Assembly: GCA_963701965.1 (NCBI GenBank)
Contig: OY969695.1
Location: 3,488,001-3,552,000 of the forward strand
Direction: 5' to 3'
DNA from: an uncultured Gemmatimonadales bacterium
GTDB lineage: Bacteria > Gemmatimonadota > Gemmatimonadetes > Gemmatimonadales > Gemmatimonadaceae
Length of the DNA stretch: 64,000 nucleotides
Numbering within the stretch: the stretch's first letter is position 1; each line of letters starts with the position of its first letter. Below are positions 18,705 through 28,241 of this stretch, in pieces. Position numbers and translations under genes: made by a program. Under the pieces are notes generated by a model that saw nothing but the letters and a program-made list of their open reading frames with translations, was not told the DNA's origin and did not search any database.

Positions 18705-19376
18705 ATGCTGCGCTTCGCGCCTGCGGCGCTCGCGCTCACCGCCATTCCCGCGTGGGGTCAGGCCGCGAGTCCGCCGGCGAGTAAGCAAGCGGCTAACGTG
18801 GCGACGGCGGCGACGGCGGCGACAGCCGCCGAGACGCCGGACGCGCCGAAAACGACACCGACAGAGAACATGCGCGCGTCGTGGCTGTCCGACCGCCGCC
18901 CGCTCCACGTCGGCGACATTCTGACGGTGCTGGTCGATGAACAGACCAGCGCCAGCGAGCAGCACACGACCAACGCCACGGCCAACCGGTTCTTCAATCC
19001 GTCGCTCAACGTGAACACGGGGTCGCTCACGAGTGACCTGATCGGTCCCACGAAGCAATTCGCGACGGGCGTGAACAACAACTCACAGGATGAGGGCGAC
19101 GCGGGCCGAAGCGGCAACTTCACCGCGACCCTCGCCGTCAAGGTCACCGGGATCGACGCGCTGGGCAACGCGCAGGTGTCGGGGACGAAGAACGTGCTGA
19201 TCGATGGCCGCCAACAGGAAGTGAAGCTGTCCGGCCTCGTGCGCGCCGACGACGTCACGTTCGACTATCAAGTCTCGTCGACCCGCATCGCCAATGCGAC
19301 GATCAGCTACAAGGGCAAGACCATCAAGCCGAAACAGGGCTTGATCGGGAAGATCGTCGGTCTGATCTGGCCATGA
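18705..19376 (+). CDS. flgH: L-ring protein FlgH
   Basis: SDRRPLHVGDILTVLVDE, LSGLVRADDV, STRIANATISY, and a C-terminal WP. Confidence 0.92.
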   Translation: MLRFAPAALALTAIPAWGQAASPPASKQAANVATAATAATAAETPDAPKTTPTENMRASWLSDRRPLHVGDILTVLVDEQTSASEQHTTNATANRFFNPSLNVNTGSLTSDLIGPTKQFATGVNNNSQDEGDAGRSGNFTATLAVKVTGIDALGNAQVSGTKNVLIDGRQQEVKLSGLVRADDVTFDYQVSSTRIANATISYKGKTIKPKQGLIGKIVGLIWP

Positions 19377-20449
19377 AAATTCTCGCGCTGGCGCTCACGG
19401 CCCTCACCGCGCTCGTCGCGCCGGTCGCCGGCGCCCAAACCGCGCGCATTGGGGACCTCACGGTGCGCGCCGGCGACGTGCCCCGCCGCATCGTGGGCTA
19501 TGGTCTGGTCGTTGGTCTCGACGGCACCGGGGACCGGAGCTATGGCGGATCGACGAACCAGACCCCGACGGTGATGTCGATCGTCAACCTGCTGCTGCAC
19601 TTCGGTGTGCGCGTGCCGACGGATCAGCTGATGCCGCGCAACGTCGCCGCCGTCTTGGTGACCGCCGAAGCCTCGCCCTATCTCCACGCCGGTGGGCGGT
19701 TCGAGGTGCAGGTCTCATCACTCGGCGACGCGACGTCCCTCCGGGGCGGCGTGCTCTGGATCACGCCAATGGTGACCGACCCGAATCAACCGCCGGTAGC
19801 GACGGCGCAAGGTCCCGTGCTGATCACCAGCGAAGACGGCTCCGGCCGGACATCAATGTATTCGGTGGCGCGCCGCGGGAACTCCGGGCGCCTGCCTGAT
19901 GGCGGCGTGCTCGAAGTCGATTGGCCCACGCCGCCCGCCAGCGCCACCCCAAAACTCGTGTTGCGCCAACCCGACTTGGCCGTGGCCACGCACATCGTGG
20001 CGGCTGTCAATACGGCATACGGCCCCGGTACGGCCACGCTAACGGACCCTGGCGCCATCACGCTCAAGACCCCGAAGTCGCATGCCGATAGTCTATATCA
20101 GTTTCTGGCGGCGGTGGATACGCTGTCGGTCTTGCAGGCGTATCCGGCGCGGATCGTCATCAATGGGCGGGATGGCACCGTGGTTACGGGTGGCGAAGTT
20201 CGCGTTGGTCCCGCCTCCGTCAGTCACCGCGGTCTGACGCTCAAGATTGGCAATGCGCCGGCCCCGACAGTTGCGGCGGCAACAGGAAATACAGCGCCGC
20301 CGGCCGTCTTGACGCTGAGCGCGGGAGCAACGGTGCAGGATGTCGCGGCCGGTTTGCACGCAGCAGGCGCCACCACCGGGGAGATCGCGGCGATCTTCGA
20401 CGCCCTCCGTTCCGTCGGTGCACTCACCGCCGAGGTCACGATCCAATGA
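19373..20449 (+). CDS. flgI: P-ring protein FlgI
   Basis: GYGLVVGLDGTGD, NVAAVLVTA, VSSLGDATSLRGG, GALTAE. Confidence 0.97.
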   Translation: MKILALALTALTALVAPVAGAQTARIGDLTVRAGDVPRRIVGYGLVVGLDGTGDRSYGGSTNQTPTVMSIVNLLLHFGVRVPTDQLMPRNVAAVLVTAEASPYLHAGGRFEVQVSSLGDATSLRGGVLWITPMVTDPNQPPVATAQGPVLITSEDGSGRTSMYSVARRGNSGRLPDGGVLEVDWPTPPASATPKLVLRQPDLAVATHIVAAVNTAYGPGTATLTDPGAITLKTPKSHADSLYQFLAAVDTLSVLQAYPARIVINGRDGTVVTGGEVRVGPASVSHRGLTLKIGNAPAPTVAAATGNTAPPAVLTLSAGATVQDVAAGLHAAGATTGEIAAIFDALRSVGALTAEVTIQ

Positions 20450-20733
20450 CCGCGCTCCCCGCCGTCGCCCAATCGGCGACCCCGCCGCTCGACGACGCCC
20501 ACCAGAAGCTCAAGAAGGCGGCGCAGGCCCTGGAGGGCATGTTCTTCCGCCAACTCTTGAGCGCCATGCGCGCCACCGTGCCCTCCGGGCCCGGCAATGG
20601 TGGTCCCGGCGGCGAGATGTTCACCGGCATGATGGACGACACGATCGCCGATCGCGCCGCCGAGCACATGCAGCGCGGCATCGGCAATGCCTTGTACCGC
20701 CAGCTCAGCGCTAAACTGGACTCTACCACATGA
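20446..20733 (+). CDS. flgJ: Rod-binding protein FlgJ (short form, no muramidase domain)
   Basis: LKKAAQALEGMFFRQLLSAMRATV...MFTGMMD...GIGNALYRQL. Confidence 0.9.
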   Translation: MTALPAVAQSATPPLDDAHQKLKKAAQALEGMFFRQLLSAMRATVPSGPGNGGPGGEMFTGMMDDTIADRAAEHMQRGIGNALYRQLSAKLDSTT

Positions 20734-21236
20734 AACTCATGCTGGTGCAGGACGACCCGACGTGCGTCCCCCTCACCCGCGCGCTCGAAGCCGAGCGCCG
20801 GTTGATCAATGACCTGCGCCAGGCGCTGTTGCGCCAGCGCGCGGGCATTGCCGCCGCCGATACATCCGCGATCGAAGCCAGTGCCCAGGTGATCAGCCGG
20901 ACGCTGTCGTCGCTCAGCCAAGCGCGGCGCACGCGCGAGCAGCTGGTGACAGCGCTCGCCGGCGACGCCTCCGTGCCGCTGGCGCAGCTCGAGGACGCCC
21001 TCGGCGGCACGGTGCCGCCCGCGTTGCGCGATGCGCGCGCGGCGCTCCGCGCCTCGGCCACCGCGACCGCCAGCGAAGTGGCGATCAACCAGCACGTCCT
21101 GCGCCGGGCGCTCGAGGCCGGCAATGCGTTCTTGCAGCGCCTGTTCGCCAGCGCCGCGAACCCATTGCCAATGTATTCGCCAGCTCCGAAGCGTCCGTCG
21201 ACGCCGTCGGGCGTCCTGGTCAATCAGAGGGCCTGA
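20730..21236 (+). CDS. flgN: Export chaperone FlgN
   Basis: Helical 168-aa protein directly upstream of flgK; INQHVL and late Y-S motif resemble FlgN. Confidence 0.7.
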   Translation: MKLMLVQDDPTCVPLTRALEAERRLINDLRQALLRQRAGIAAADTSAIEASAQVISRTLSSLSQARRTREQLVTALAGDASVPLAQLEDALGGTVPPALRDARAALRASATATASEVAINQHVLRRALEAGNAFLQRLFASAANPLPMYSPAPKRPSTPSGVLVNQRA

Positions 21237-21239
21237 CCA

Positions 21240-22616
21240 ATGTCTCTCAACAGTGTGTTCAACAGCGCCAACTCCGCTCTGCAAGCGCAGGAGCGGGTCA
21301 TGGCGACCATCTCCGAGAACATCGCGAACGCCAACACGCCGGGCTACACCGTCGAGCAGACGAGCCTCGTGCCGTCCACGCCGATCGCGACGCCCGAAGG
21401 GCAGATCGGCACCGGTGTCACGGTGGCCGATACGCAGCGCCTGCGCAACTCGTTCCTCGACGATCAGTTCCGGACGGAATCGGGTCTGAGCGGTCAGTCG
21501 GACGCCACGCAGACGCTCATGAACGAAGTGCAAGGCGTGCTGAACGAGCCGAGCGACTCTGGTTTGTCGTCGGCGCTGAGCGGATTCTTCGATGCGTTCA
21601 GCAGTTTGAGCACGAACCCCAGCAACACCACGGACCAGCAGATCGCGCAGCAGGCGGGCGCCAACCTCGCGCAGACGTTCAATGGCCTGAGCGGATCGCT
21701 GGATCAGGTGAGCCAGGACGCCGAGACGCAGCTCCAGAACAATGTCAACCAGGCCAACGCGCTCCTGGGGCAGATTCAGAACCTCAACCAGCAGATCGTC
21801 GCCGCCAACGGGCAGGGCGGCGCGCCAGCGCTGGCCGACCAGCGCGATCAGGCGATCGATCAGCTGTCGACGCTCGTCGGCGTGCGCACGGTGGACTACG
21901 GGAACGGCGCCGTCGGCGTGATGGCCGGGAGCACGCTGGTGGCCGATGCGACGCAGCACGTCACGCTGGGCGTGGTCTCGAGCGGGCCGGGCTTCGGCGT
22001 CGGAGTCAACGGCTCGACCTCCGCGGCGGATCTGGGCAGCGGATCGTTGAGCGCCATCAGCACCTTCACGCAGACGACGCTGCCGGGCATCAAGGGTCAG
22101 CTGGATCAGCTGGCCGCGGGCGTCGTCTCGTCGGTGAACACGCTCTCGCAGTCGGGCACCGTGACCGGGTCGAATCCCCCCGTCACTGGCGTGCCGTTCT
22201 TTGCCACGACGGGGACGACGGCGGCATCGATCGCGCTCAGCACGCAGGTCGCGGCGTCACCCGGCAACATCGTTACGGGGACCACCGGCTCCTCCGGCAA
22301 TGGCGGCATCGCGCTCCAGATCGCGCAGTTGGAGCAGAACCCCGTCGCCACCCTGGGCAACCAGTCGATCCCCAACTTTTACGCGGGGTTCGTGTCCACC
22401 ATCGGCGCCACGGCCCAGAGCGCGCAGCAGGCGGCGACGGCCCAGAGCACGTTGGTGTCGAACCTCGGCACGCAGCGATCGGCCGCCAATGGGGTGAACA
22501 CCGACCAGCAGTTGGTCTCCATGCTCCAGACGCAGAGCGCGTACGTCGCGGCCGCGCACCTCATCACGACAGCGAACGCGATGATGCAGAGTCTCCTGCA
22601 AGCCGTTCAGGGCTGA
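21240..22616 (+). CDS. flgK: Hook-associated protein FlgK
   Basis: SENIANANTPGY, LADQRDQAIDQLS, GVNTDQQLVSML...AY. Confidence 0.95.
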   Translation: MSLNSVFNSANSALQAQERVMATISENIANANTPGYTVEQTSLVPSTPIATPEGQIGTGVTVADTQRLRNSFLDDQFRTESGLSGQSDATQTLMNEVQGVLNEPSDSGLSSALSGFFDAFSSLSTNPSNTTDQQIAQQAGANLAQTFNGLSGSLDQVSQDAETQLQNNVNQANALLGQIQNLNQQIVAANGQGGAPALADQRDQAIDQLSTLVGVRTVDYGNGAVGVMAGSTLVADATQHVTLGVVSSGPGFGVGVNGSTSAADLGSGSLSAISTFTQTTLPGIKGQLDQLAAGVVSSVNTLSQSGTVTGSNPPVTGVPFFATTGTTAASIALSTQVAASPGNIVTGTTGSSGNGGIALQIAQLEQNPVATLGNQSIPNFYAGFVSTIGATAQSAQQAATAQSTLVSNLGTQRSAANGVNTDQQLVSMLQTQSAYVAAAHLITTANAMMQSLLQAVQG

Positions 22617-23325
22617 TCGAGCGCCAGACGTCGAGGGTGATCACGAAACGGGCGCCGTGGGCGCCTGTTTCGTTTTTGAGCGACCCGCCCCAGGGTTCGA
22701 TGATGTGGCGGGCAACAGCCAACCCCAGACCCGCGACCGCCGCTGGTTTGGTCGTCGCGAATGGTTCGAACAGCCGGTCGCGCATGACCGCGGCAACGCC
22801 CGGCCCATTGTCCTCGACCGTGATGGCGACGACTCCGTCGCGCGCGCCCGCGGAGAGCCGGATCACGCCGTCCGGGCGATCGCCCAGCGCTTCCAGCGCA
22901 TTCAGCACGATGTTGAGCAGCGCGTGGGTGAGCGCCGCGGCATTGGCGCGGACGGCGGGCAGCTGGGGCGCGATGCCCGTCAAGTCCAATGCCGCGGAGG
23001 ACGGGCGTCCCCGATGCGCGGCGACGATCAACTCGACGATCTCGGCGAGTGGCGTTGGTGCCGGCTCGTCGTCGACCGGCGGACGCTGCGCGCGCGAGCA
23101 GAAGTCGAGCAGTGGACGGATTTGACGCGCGTGGACCGCGAGCGACTGGCGGATCGGCTCCGTGATCGCCGCGCCGTTCCGGGCGATCAGCTCACCAGCG
23201 AGCGAGAGGGCTTGGGCCGGGGTCCGCAGCTCGTGCAGCAGCCAGCGGGTGACGAGACCGAAGACGATGCCGCGATTGGCCGCGACCAGCACCGCGGCAG
23301 TGCGCGGATCATCAGAGAGTGGCAC
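22564..23325 (-). CDS. Histidine kinase (HisKA + HATPase) with no sensor domain
   Basis: LLHELRTP H-box, LLNIVLNALEA N-box, EDNGPG, LFEPFATTK, GLGLAV. GTG at 23325 chosen because the longer ORF overlaps the upstream gene. Confidence 0.85.
   Translation of the reverse strand: MPLSDDPRTAAVLVAANRGIVFGLVTRWLLHELRTPAQALSLAGELIARNGAAITEPIRQSLAVHARQIRPLLDFCSRAQRPPVDDEPAPTPLAEIVELIVAAHRGRPSSAALDLTGIAPQLPAVRANAAALTHALLNIVLNALEALGDRPDGVIRLSAGARDGVVAITVEDNGPGVAAVMRDRLFEPFATTKPAAVAGLGLAVARHIIEPWGGSLKNETGAHGARFVITLDVWRSISPERLAGDSASSRSLS
22643..22677 (+). terminator. Intrinsic terminator after flgK
   Basis: ACGAAACGGGCGCC-GTG-GGCGCCTGTTTCGT (14 bp, one G-U pair) running into a T-tract; starts 27 nt after the flgK stop. 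Confidence 0.65.
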
Positions 23326-23336
23326 ACGGGAGTGTA

Positions 23337-24494
23337 CTACACGACCGCGGGGCAGATCCAGGCGCCGTCGATGATCGGATCGATCAGATCGCGGCGGCGC
23401 ACGACCTCCAGCGTCGGCGCGGTCAGCGTCGCGCCGGCGGCCAGGAGCTTCACGCCCGACTCGGTGCACAAGTCTTCGGCCAGCACCATGCCGGCCGACA
23501 GCGCCGAGATCGGCACGCGCCATTTGTGGCGACCGCCCCCGCTATCCGGCGCCTTGGCCATGATCGCTTCCACCTGCGCCACGACTGCCGGGTCGTACCA
23601 CGTGCCGGCGTGCGGCGTGAGTGCCCCGACGTCGCCGCCGGCCGCGTAGAAGTCGATCAGGACCCGCAGGAGACGGGAGCGAAGGGGGATCTGTCCCCGC
23701 TGCCGGCGGTCGGGGAAGCCGCTGCCGTCCCAGTTCTCGCCGACCGCCGATACGAGGTCGGCGGCCGAGTGCAGCGCCTCCACGCGCGAGAGCACGTGCG
23801 CGGCGACGACGAGGGAACGCCACCCGGAGGGCGTCAGCCATCCCGGCGCGGCGTCCTTCTCCACGGCCAGGCCCACCTCGTGCAGGAGCGCCGCCCGCTC
23901 CAGATCGCGCGTGAACACGGGCGGTACCTGAAACCGTTTCGCCAGCCGCAGGCTGGATTCGGCGAGCTGTCGTCCCCGATCCGCCGCGCCCGGCCGGGTC
24001 ACGTCGATCATGTACGCCAGGAGGCCGACAAAATGATCGATGCTTTGCAGGAGCGCCGCGTGCGATCCGCCGAGGTCGATCCGGTCGGCCACCAGTTGCT
24101 GCCGGATGCGCCGGGTCCGGAGGGCCGCCCGCACCCGCGACACCAGCTCAATGTCGGACGCTGGCTCGAGGACATAGTCGTCGACCCCACAGGCCAGCCC
24201 GTCGAAGGCGCGCTGGCGGTTCTTCTCACTGGTCAGGACGACGATGACGGCGTCCACCAAAACAGGGTCGGTCTTGAGGCGCTGACACAACGCCATCCCG
24301 GCTTCACCGCCCGTGCCATCGAGGTCGATGAGGACACAGTCCGGCTTCGCGCGCCGCGCCGCGTCGAACGCCGCCGTCGCGTCGGCCTCGATCTCAATGT
24401 TGAACCCCGCGTCGGGGCCGAGCAGCGCGAGGTGCCGCCCGCGACTTTCGGCGTTCCCGTCGACCAGGAGGATCGTCGACCAGGCGGGCTTCAC
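23337..24494 (-). CDS. Atypical response regulator: REC + degenerate HD-GYP domain
   Basis: GTG at 24494 overlaps the motB stop; TILLVDG...PDCVLID...VVLT...DDYVLEP, then AALLHEVG and ENWDGSGFP...IPLRSRLL. Confidence 0.85.
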   Translation of the reverse strand: MKPAWSTILLVDGNAESRGRHLALLGPDAGFNIEIEADATAAFDAARRAKPDCVLIDLDGTGGEAGMALCQRLKTDPVLVDAVIVVLTSEKNRQRAFDGLACGVDDYVLEPASDIELVSRVRAALRTRRIRQQLVADRIDLGGSHAALLQSIDHFVGLLAYMIDVTRPGAADRGRQLAESSLRLAKRFQVPPVFTRDLERAALLHEVGLAVEKDAAPGWLTPSGWRSLVVAAHVLSRVEALHSAADLVSAVGENWDGSGFPDRRQRGQIPLRSRLLRVLIDFYAAGGDVGALTPHAGTWYDPAVVAQVEAIMAKAPDSGGGRHKWRVPISALSAGMVLAEDLCTESGVKLLAAGATLTAPTLEVVRRRDLIDPIIDGAWICPAVV

Positions 24495-25321
24495 GGCGAC
24501 GCGGTCCCGGTCGAATCGGGCAGGTCCGGCAGCGGTTTGCCGGGCGCCTCCTTCGACGGCGGTGTTTCGAACAGCATCGTGATCGTGACGCGCCGGTTGC
24601 GGGGCGCCGTCGGATTGTCCGGTTCGCGGAGCTGGCGGTCGGCGTGTCCGCGCACTTCCCACACCTGGGCGACGTGGAGGCCGCCCTGCACCAGGATGCG
24701 CCGCGAGACGTTGGCCCGGTCGGAGCTCAATTCCCAGTTCGTGTAGGTCGCGTCCACATGATAGGGTACCGCGTCCGTGTACCCTTCGATGGTCACGGGA
24801 TTGGGCAGCGTGCCCAACTCTTCGCCGAGGACTTCGAGCAACTGGGCGACTTCGGCCCGCGGGACCGCTGAACCGGTCTCGAAGAACACCCCGCTCGAGT
24901 CCTCCAGGAGCTGGATCCGGAGCCCCTCGTCCGTGATCTCGATCTCGATATGGCTCGCCAGCTCCTTGAACTCCGGCGTCTTGAGCCGGCGCTGGATTTC
25001 CTTCCCCAGCTGCGCGACCAGCGCTTCCTTCATGCTGGTGATTTCGGCCTGATTGATGGGGCGCGGGTTGGGCGTGGCCCCCTCGCCCTTGACAATGGTG
25101 GCGCCAAACTCCGTGGCGCGGCCTAACGGGTCCTGGAAGTACCCGGCGATGGCCGTCCGGATGTCCGAGCTCTGGGACACGATCCACAGTACCAGGAACA
25201 GCGCCATCATCAATGTCATGAAGTCGGCGAACGCGACTTTCCACGCGCCCCCATGGTGGCCGCCGGCGTGCCGCGATTTCTTCTTGCGGACGATGTAGAC
25301 GGTTTCGCGGTCCTTGTTCAC
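24491..25321 (-). CDS. motB: Stator protein MotB
   Basis: [26 protein letters not shown]; OmpA-like [22 protein letters not shown]. Confidence 0.97.
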   Translation of the reverse strand: MNKDRETVYIVRKKKSRHAGGHHGGAWKVAFADFMTLMMALFLVLWIVSQSSDIRTAIAGYFQDPLGRATEFGATIVKGEGATPNPRPINQAEITSMKEALVAQLGKEIQRRLKTPEFKELASHIEIEITDEGLRIQLLEDSSGVFFETGSAVPRAEVAQLLEVLGEELGTLPNPVTIEGYTDAVPYHVDATYTNWELSSDRANVSRRILVQGGLHVAQVWEVRGHADRQLREPDNPTAPRNRRVTITMLFETPPSKEAPGKPLPDLPDSTGTASP

Positions 25322-25322
25322 G

Positions 25323-26195
25323 CTACGCCGCCTTGGCTTTCTTCGCCGACTCCTTGCACGCGCTCTCCATCTCCTGGAAACTCGGTCGGATGTCCTCGGC
25401 GATCGTGCGCCGCCCGAACTCCACGGCGACCATCGGGGGCACCCCCTTGGCAAAGGCCACGACGGAGGCTTTCAGGAACCCCAGGCACCGGGTCTCCTCG
25501 GAGTCGCGCATCTCGATGCTGGTCGCCACCGGTCCCACGAACCCGTAGGACAGCAAGATCCCCAGGAACGTGCCGACGAGGGCCGACGCCACGTGGTGGC
25601 CAATCGCCTCGATCGGGCCGCCGACGGATTGCATGGTGACCACGATGCCGAGCACCGCCGCCACGATGCCGATACCCGGCAGCGAGTCGCCGACCTTGTT
25701 GATCGCCGAGACGATCTGCGCGTTCGTCTCGTGGTGGACGTCGATCTCCGAGTCCATCATCGCGTCCAGATCGAACGGCGGAACGCTGCCCAGGAGCACC
25801 AGCCGCAGGGAGTCGCACAGGAACGTCACCAGATGGTGGTCGTTGGCGACCTTTGGGTAGCGCTTGAAAATGAGACTTTTCTCAGGCGACTCAATGTGCG
25901 ACTCGATCGCGATCAGCCCGTCGCGCCGGGCGCTCTGAAACAGCTCGTGGAGCAGTTTCAGCGCGTCCAGATACATGGTCCGGCTGAACGGGCTGGGTTT
26001 GAGAACCGACACGATCTTGGTGAACACCCCTTTGATCACGCCGGGGGGCGTGGACACCAGCAGGGTCCCCAGCGCTGTGCCGATAATGACCACGTACTCG
26101 GACGTGACGAGGAGGACGGCGAATGGCCCACCCGCCATCGCGAATCCACCGAGTACGGAACAAACGACTATGAGAAAGCCGACAATGGCGAGCAT
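25323..26195 (-). CDS. motA: Stator protein MotA
   Basis: [49 protein letters not shown]. Confidence 0.97.
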   Translation of the reverse strand: MLAIVGFLIVVCSVLGGFAMAGGPFAVLLVTSEYVVIIGTALGTLLVSTPPGVIKGVFTKIVSVLKPSPFSRTMYLDALKLLHELFQSARRDGLIAIESHIESPEKSLIFKRYPKVANDHHLVTFLCDSLRLVLLGSVPPFDLDAMMDSEIDVHHETNAQIVSAINKVGDSLPGIGIVAAVLGIVVTMQSVGGPIEAIGHHVASALVGTFLGILLSYGFVGPVATSIEMRDSEETRCLGFLKASVVAFAKGVPPMVAVEFGRRTIAEDIRPSFQEMESACKESAKKAKAA

Positions 26196-26204
26196 TCCTG
26201 GCTA

Positions 26205-26230
26205 GTATCGGCCGGTACGGCACGCATCTA
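26205..26230 (-). promoter_or_regulatory. Candidate sigma28 promoter for motAB
   Basis: Minus strand TAGA-N14-GCCGATAC; the -10 box (26212-26205) ends 9 nt before the motA ATG. Confidence 0.55.
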
Positions 26231-26256
26231 CAGTCCCCCACGTGCGGTGCCGATAG
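26229..26256 (+). promoter_or_regulatory. Candidate sigma28 promoter for the mcp-che operon
   Basis: TACA-N16-GCCGATAG against the consensus TAAA-N15-GCCGATAA; ends 8 nt before ATG 26265. Confidence 0.65.
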
Positions 26257-26264
26257 TAACCAAC

Positions 26265-28241
26265 ATGCGCTTTCTGTACACATGGCTCGCCCGTGTGAGT
26301 CTCCGGCCCAAGCTCGTCGGAGCCTTCCTGCTGCTCGCCTTGACGGCGGCGATCGCCGGCGAAATCGGGCTCGCGCGGTTCAAGGCCTCCGACGTGGCCA
26401 GCGACGAGGCGGATGTCCGGGCGATCCGTCAGGAGCGGGCGCTCTACGACGTGACGACGCACTTCCTGATGGCGCGCGACACGTTGGCGCTGGCGGACCG
26501 GGAGCTGTCGCTCGTCGACACGGGACTGGACACGCTGGCGACCATTGTTCCCGACGCGACCGCCCGCGTGCGACTGGACCGCGTCCGGCAGCTCGCGCGG
26601 GACTACGCCGCGGCTCCCGACGCGGCGTCGCGGAAGCGCGCCGAGGGCGCCATGATGACGGCGCTCGCGGCGTTTCGGGAGATGGCCGACAGCGAGGCGA
26701 TGACCGCGAGCCGCAACGCCGAAACGGCGACCCGTCGCGCGGTCAACGCCTTCATGGTCTCGGGGCTCGTCGTCGTCGTGCTGTCGGTCGTCCTCGGGTT
26801 TGGGCTGGCGGCCCATATCGCCGCGCCCTTGCAACGGCTGGGCGAGATGGCGGAAGCCATGGCCACCGGCCGTACCCCGAGGGGCAAATTGCGCATCACC
26901 TCGCGGGACGAGATCGGTTTGGTCGGATACTCAATGGACCGCCAATTCCAAGCGGCGCAGGAGATGGCGGCGATCGCCGACCGGATCGCGTCGGGCGACA
27001 TGACGAACGAGATCAAGGTCCGGGGCGACGAGGACCACTTCATGCTCGCGTTCGCGCGGTTGCAGGAAACGGTCGCCGCTTTGACCTCGGAGACGATCCG
27101 CCTCATGGAGGCGGCGCGGGCCGGCAACCTCCGCCAGCGCGGCAATGCCAGCCGGTTCGCCGGCGGCTATCGGGAGTTGATCAATGGCTTCAACGCGACG
27201 TTGGAGGCCGTCATCGCGCCAATGAACGAAGCGGCGCAGGTGCTCGATCGGTTGGCCCAACGCGACCTGACCACGGAAATGCGCGGCGCCTACGCGGGGG
27301 ATCACGCCCGGATCAAGGACGCCATGAACAAGGCCATTGGCGAGGTCAGCCGGGCCTTGGGCACCATCGGCGAGCACGCCCGGACGCTGGCGGCGCACGC
27401 GGAGCAGCTGTCCGTGGTGTCCGGCCACATGGGGACGGCGGCCGAGCGGACCAACACGCAGGCGTCGACGGCATCGGCGGCGTCGGAGCAAGTCTCGCAG
27501 AACATCGCGACCGTGGCGACGGGCACCGAGGAGATGAGCGCCTCGATTCGTGAGATCGCGGCCAACGCCGCCGAGGCCGCGCGCGTCGCGGTGGATGCGC
27601 GCGAGGACGCCGCCGTCACCAATCGCCTGGTCATCACGCTGGGCGAGTCGACGGCCGAGATCGGCGAAGTGCTCAAACTGATCACGACGATCGCGCAGCA
27701 GACCAACTTGCTGGCGTTGAACGCGACGATCGAGGCCGCCCGCGCCGGCGAGGCGGGGAAGGGTTTCGCGGTCGTGGCCAGCGAGGTCAAGGAGTTGGCG
27801 AAGCAGACCGCCCGTTCCACCGACGAGATCGCGGCCAAGATCGCGACGGTGCAGGAGAGTGCGCGCGCCGCGGTCGACGCCATGGCCCGCATCGGCAAGA
27901 CGGTGACGCGCATTTCCGACATCCAGGGCACGATCGCCAGCGCCGTGGAAGAGCAGACCGCGACCACGAACGAGATGAACCGCAACGTCACGGAAGCGGC
28001 GAAAGGCGCGATGGAGATTGCCGCCAGCGTGTCGGCGCTCGCCCAGGCCGCGCAGGAGACCACCACGGGCGCGCAGCAGACGCGCGACGCCGCGGAGGAG
28101 TTGACCCGAATGGCCGCCGGGCTGACCGATCTGGTCGCCCAATTCCGCCTGGCGACGATCGCCCCCGCGACGGCCGGCGCCGGGCCGCCACCATTGCCGG
28201 CGCGCTTTCGCCGGCCCGCCCGCCATTCCCTCGGAAAATGA
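26265..28241 (+). CDS. Methyl-accepting chemotaxis protein
   Basis: Two TM helices around a helical periplasmic domain, several HAMP domains, [37 protein letters not shown]. Confidence 0.95.
   Translation: MRFLYTWLARVSLRPKLVGAFLLLALTAAIAGEIGLARFKASDVASDEADVRAIRQERALYDVTTHFLMARDTLALADRELSLVDTGLDTLATIVPDATARVRLDRVRQLARDYAAAPDAASRKRAEGAMMTALAAFREMADSEAMTASRNAETATRRAVNAFMVSGLVVVVLSVVLGFGLAAHIAAPLQRLGEMAEAMATGRTPRGKLRITSRDEIGLVGYSMDRQFQAAQEMAAIADRIASGDMTNEIKVRGDEDHFMLAFARLQETVAALTSETIRLMEAARAGNLRQRGNASRFAGGYRELINGFNATLEAVIAPMNEAAQVLDRLAQRDLTTEMRGAYAGDHARIKDAMNKAIGEVSRALGTIGEHARTLAAHAEQLSVVSGHMGTAAERTNTQASTASAASEQVSQNIATVATGTEEMSASIREIAANAAEAARVAVDAREDAAVTNRLVITLGESTAEIGEVLKLITTIAQQTNLLALNATIEAARAGEAGKGFAVVASEVKELAKQTARSTDEIAAKIATVQESARAAVDAMARIGKTVTRISDIQGTIASAVEEQTATTNEMNRNVTEAAKGAMEIAASVSALAQAAQETTTGAQQTRDAAEELTRMAAGLTDLVAQFRLATIAPATAGAGPPPLPARFRRPARHSLGK

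Noticed and set aside
19980..20360. Local rise in A/T-ending codons in flgI (also mid-flhA)
   Set aside because: Reading frames and motifs are continuous and there are no boundary features; it cannot be quantified by eye.
23337..25244. 635-aa version of the REC/HD-GYP ORF, 975-aa MCP and other N-terminally extended ORFs in the track
   Set aside because: The extensions overlap motB, motA or other real genes; coupled internal starts fit the domain boundaries.
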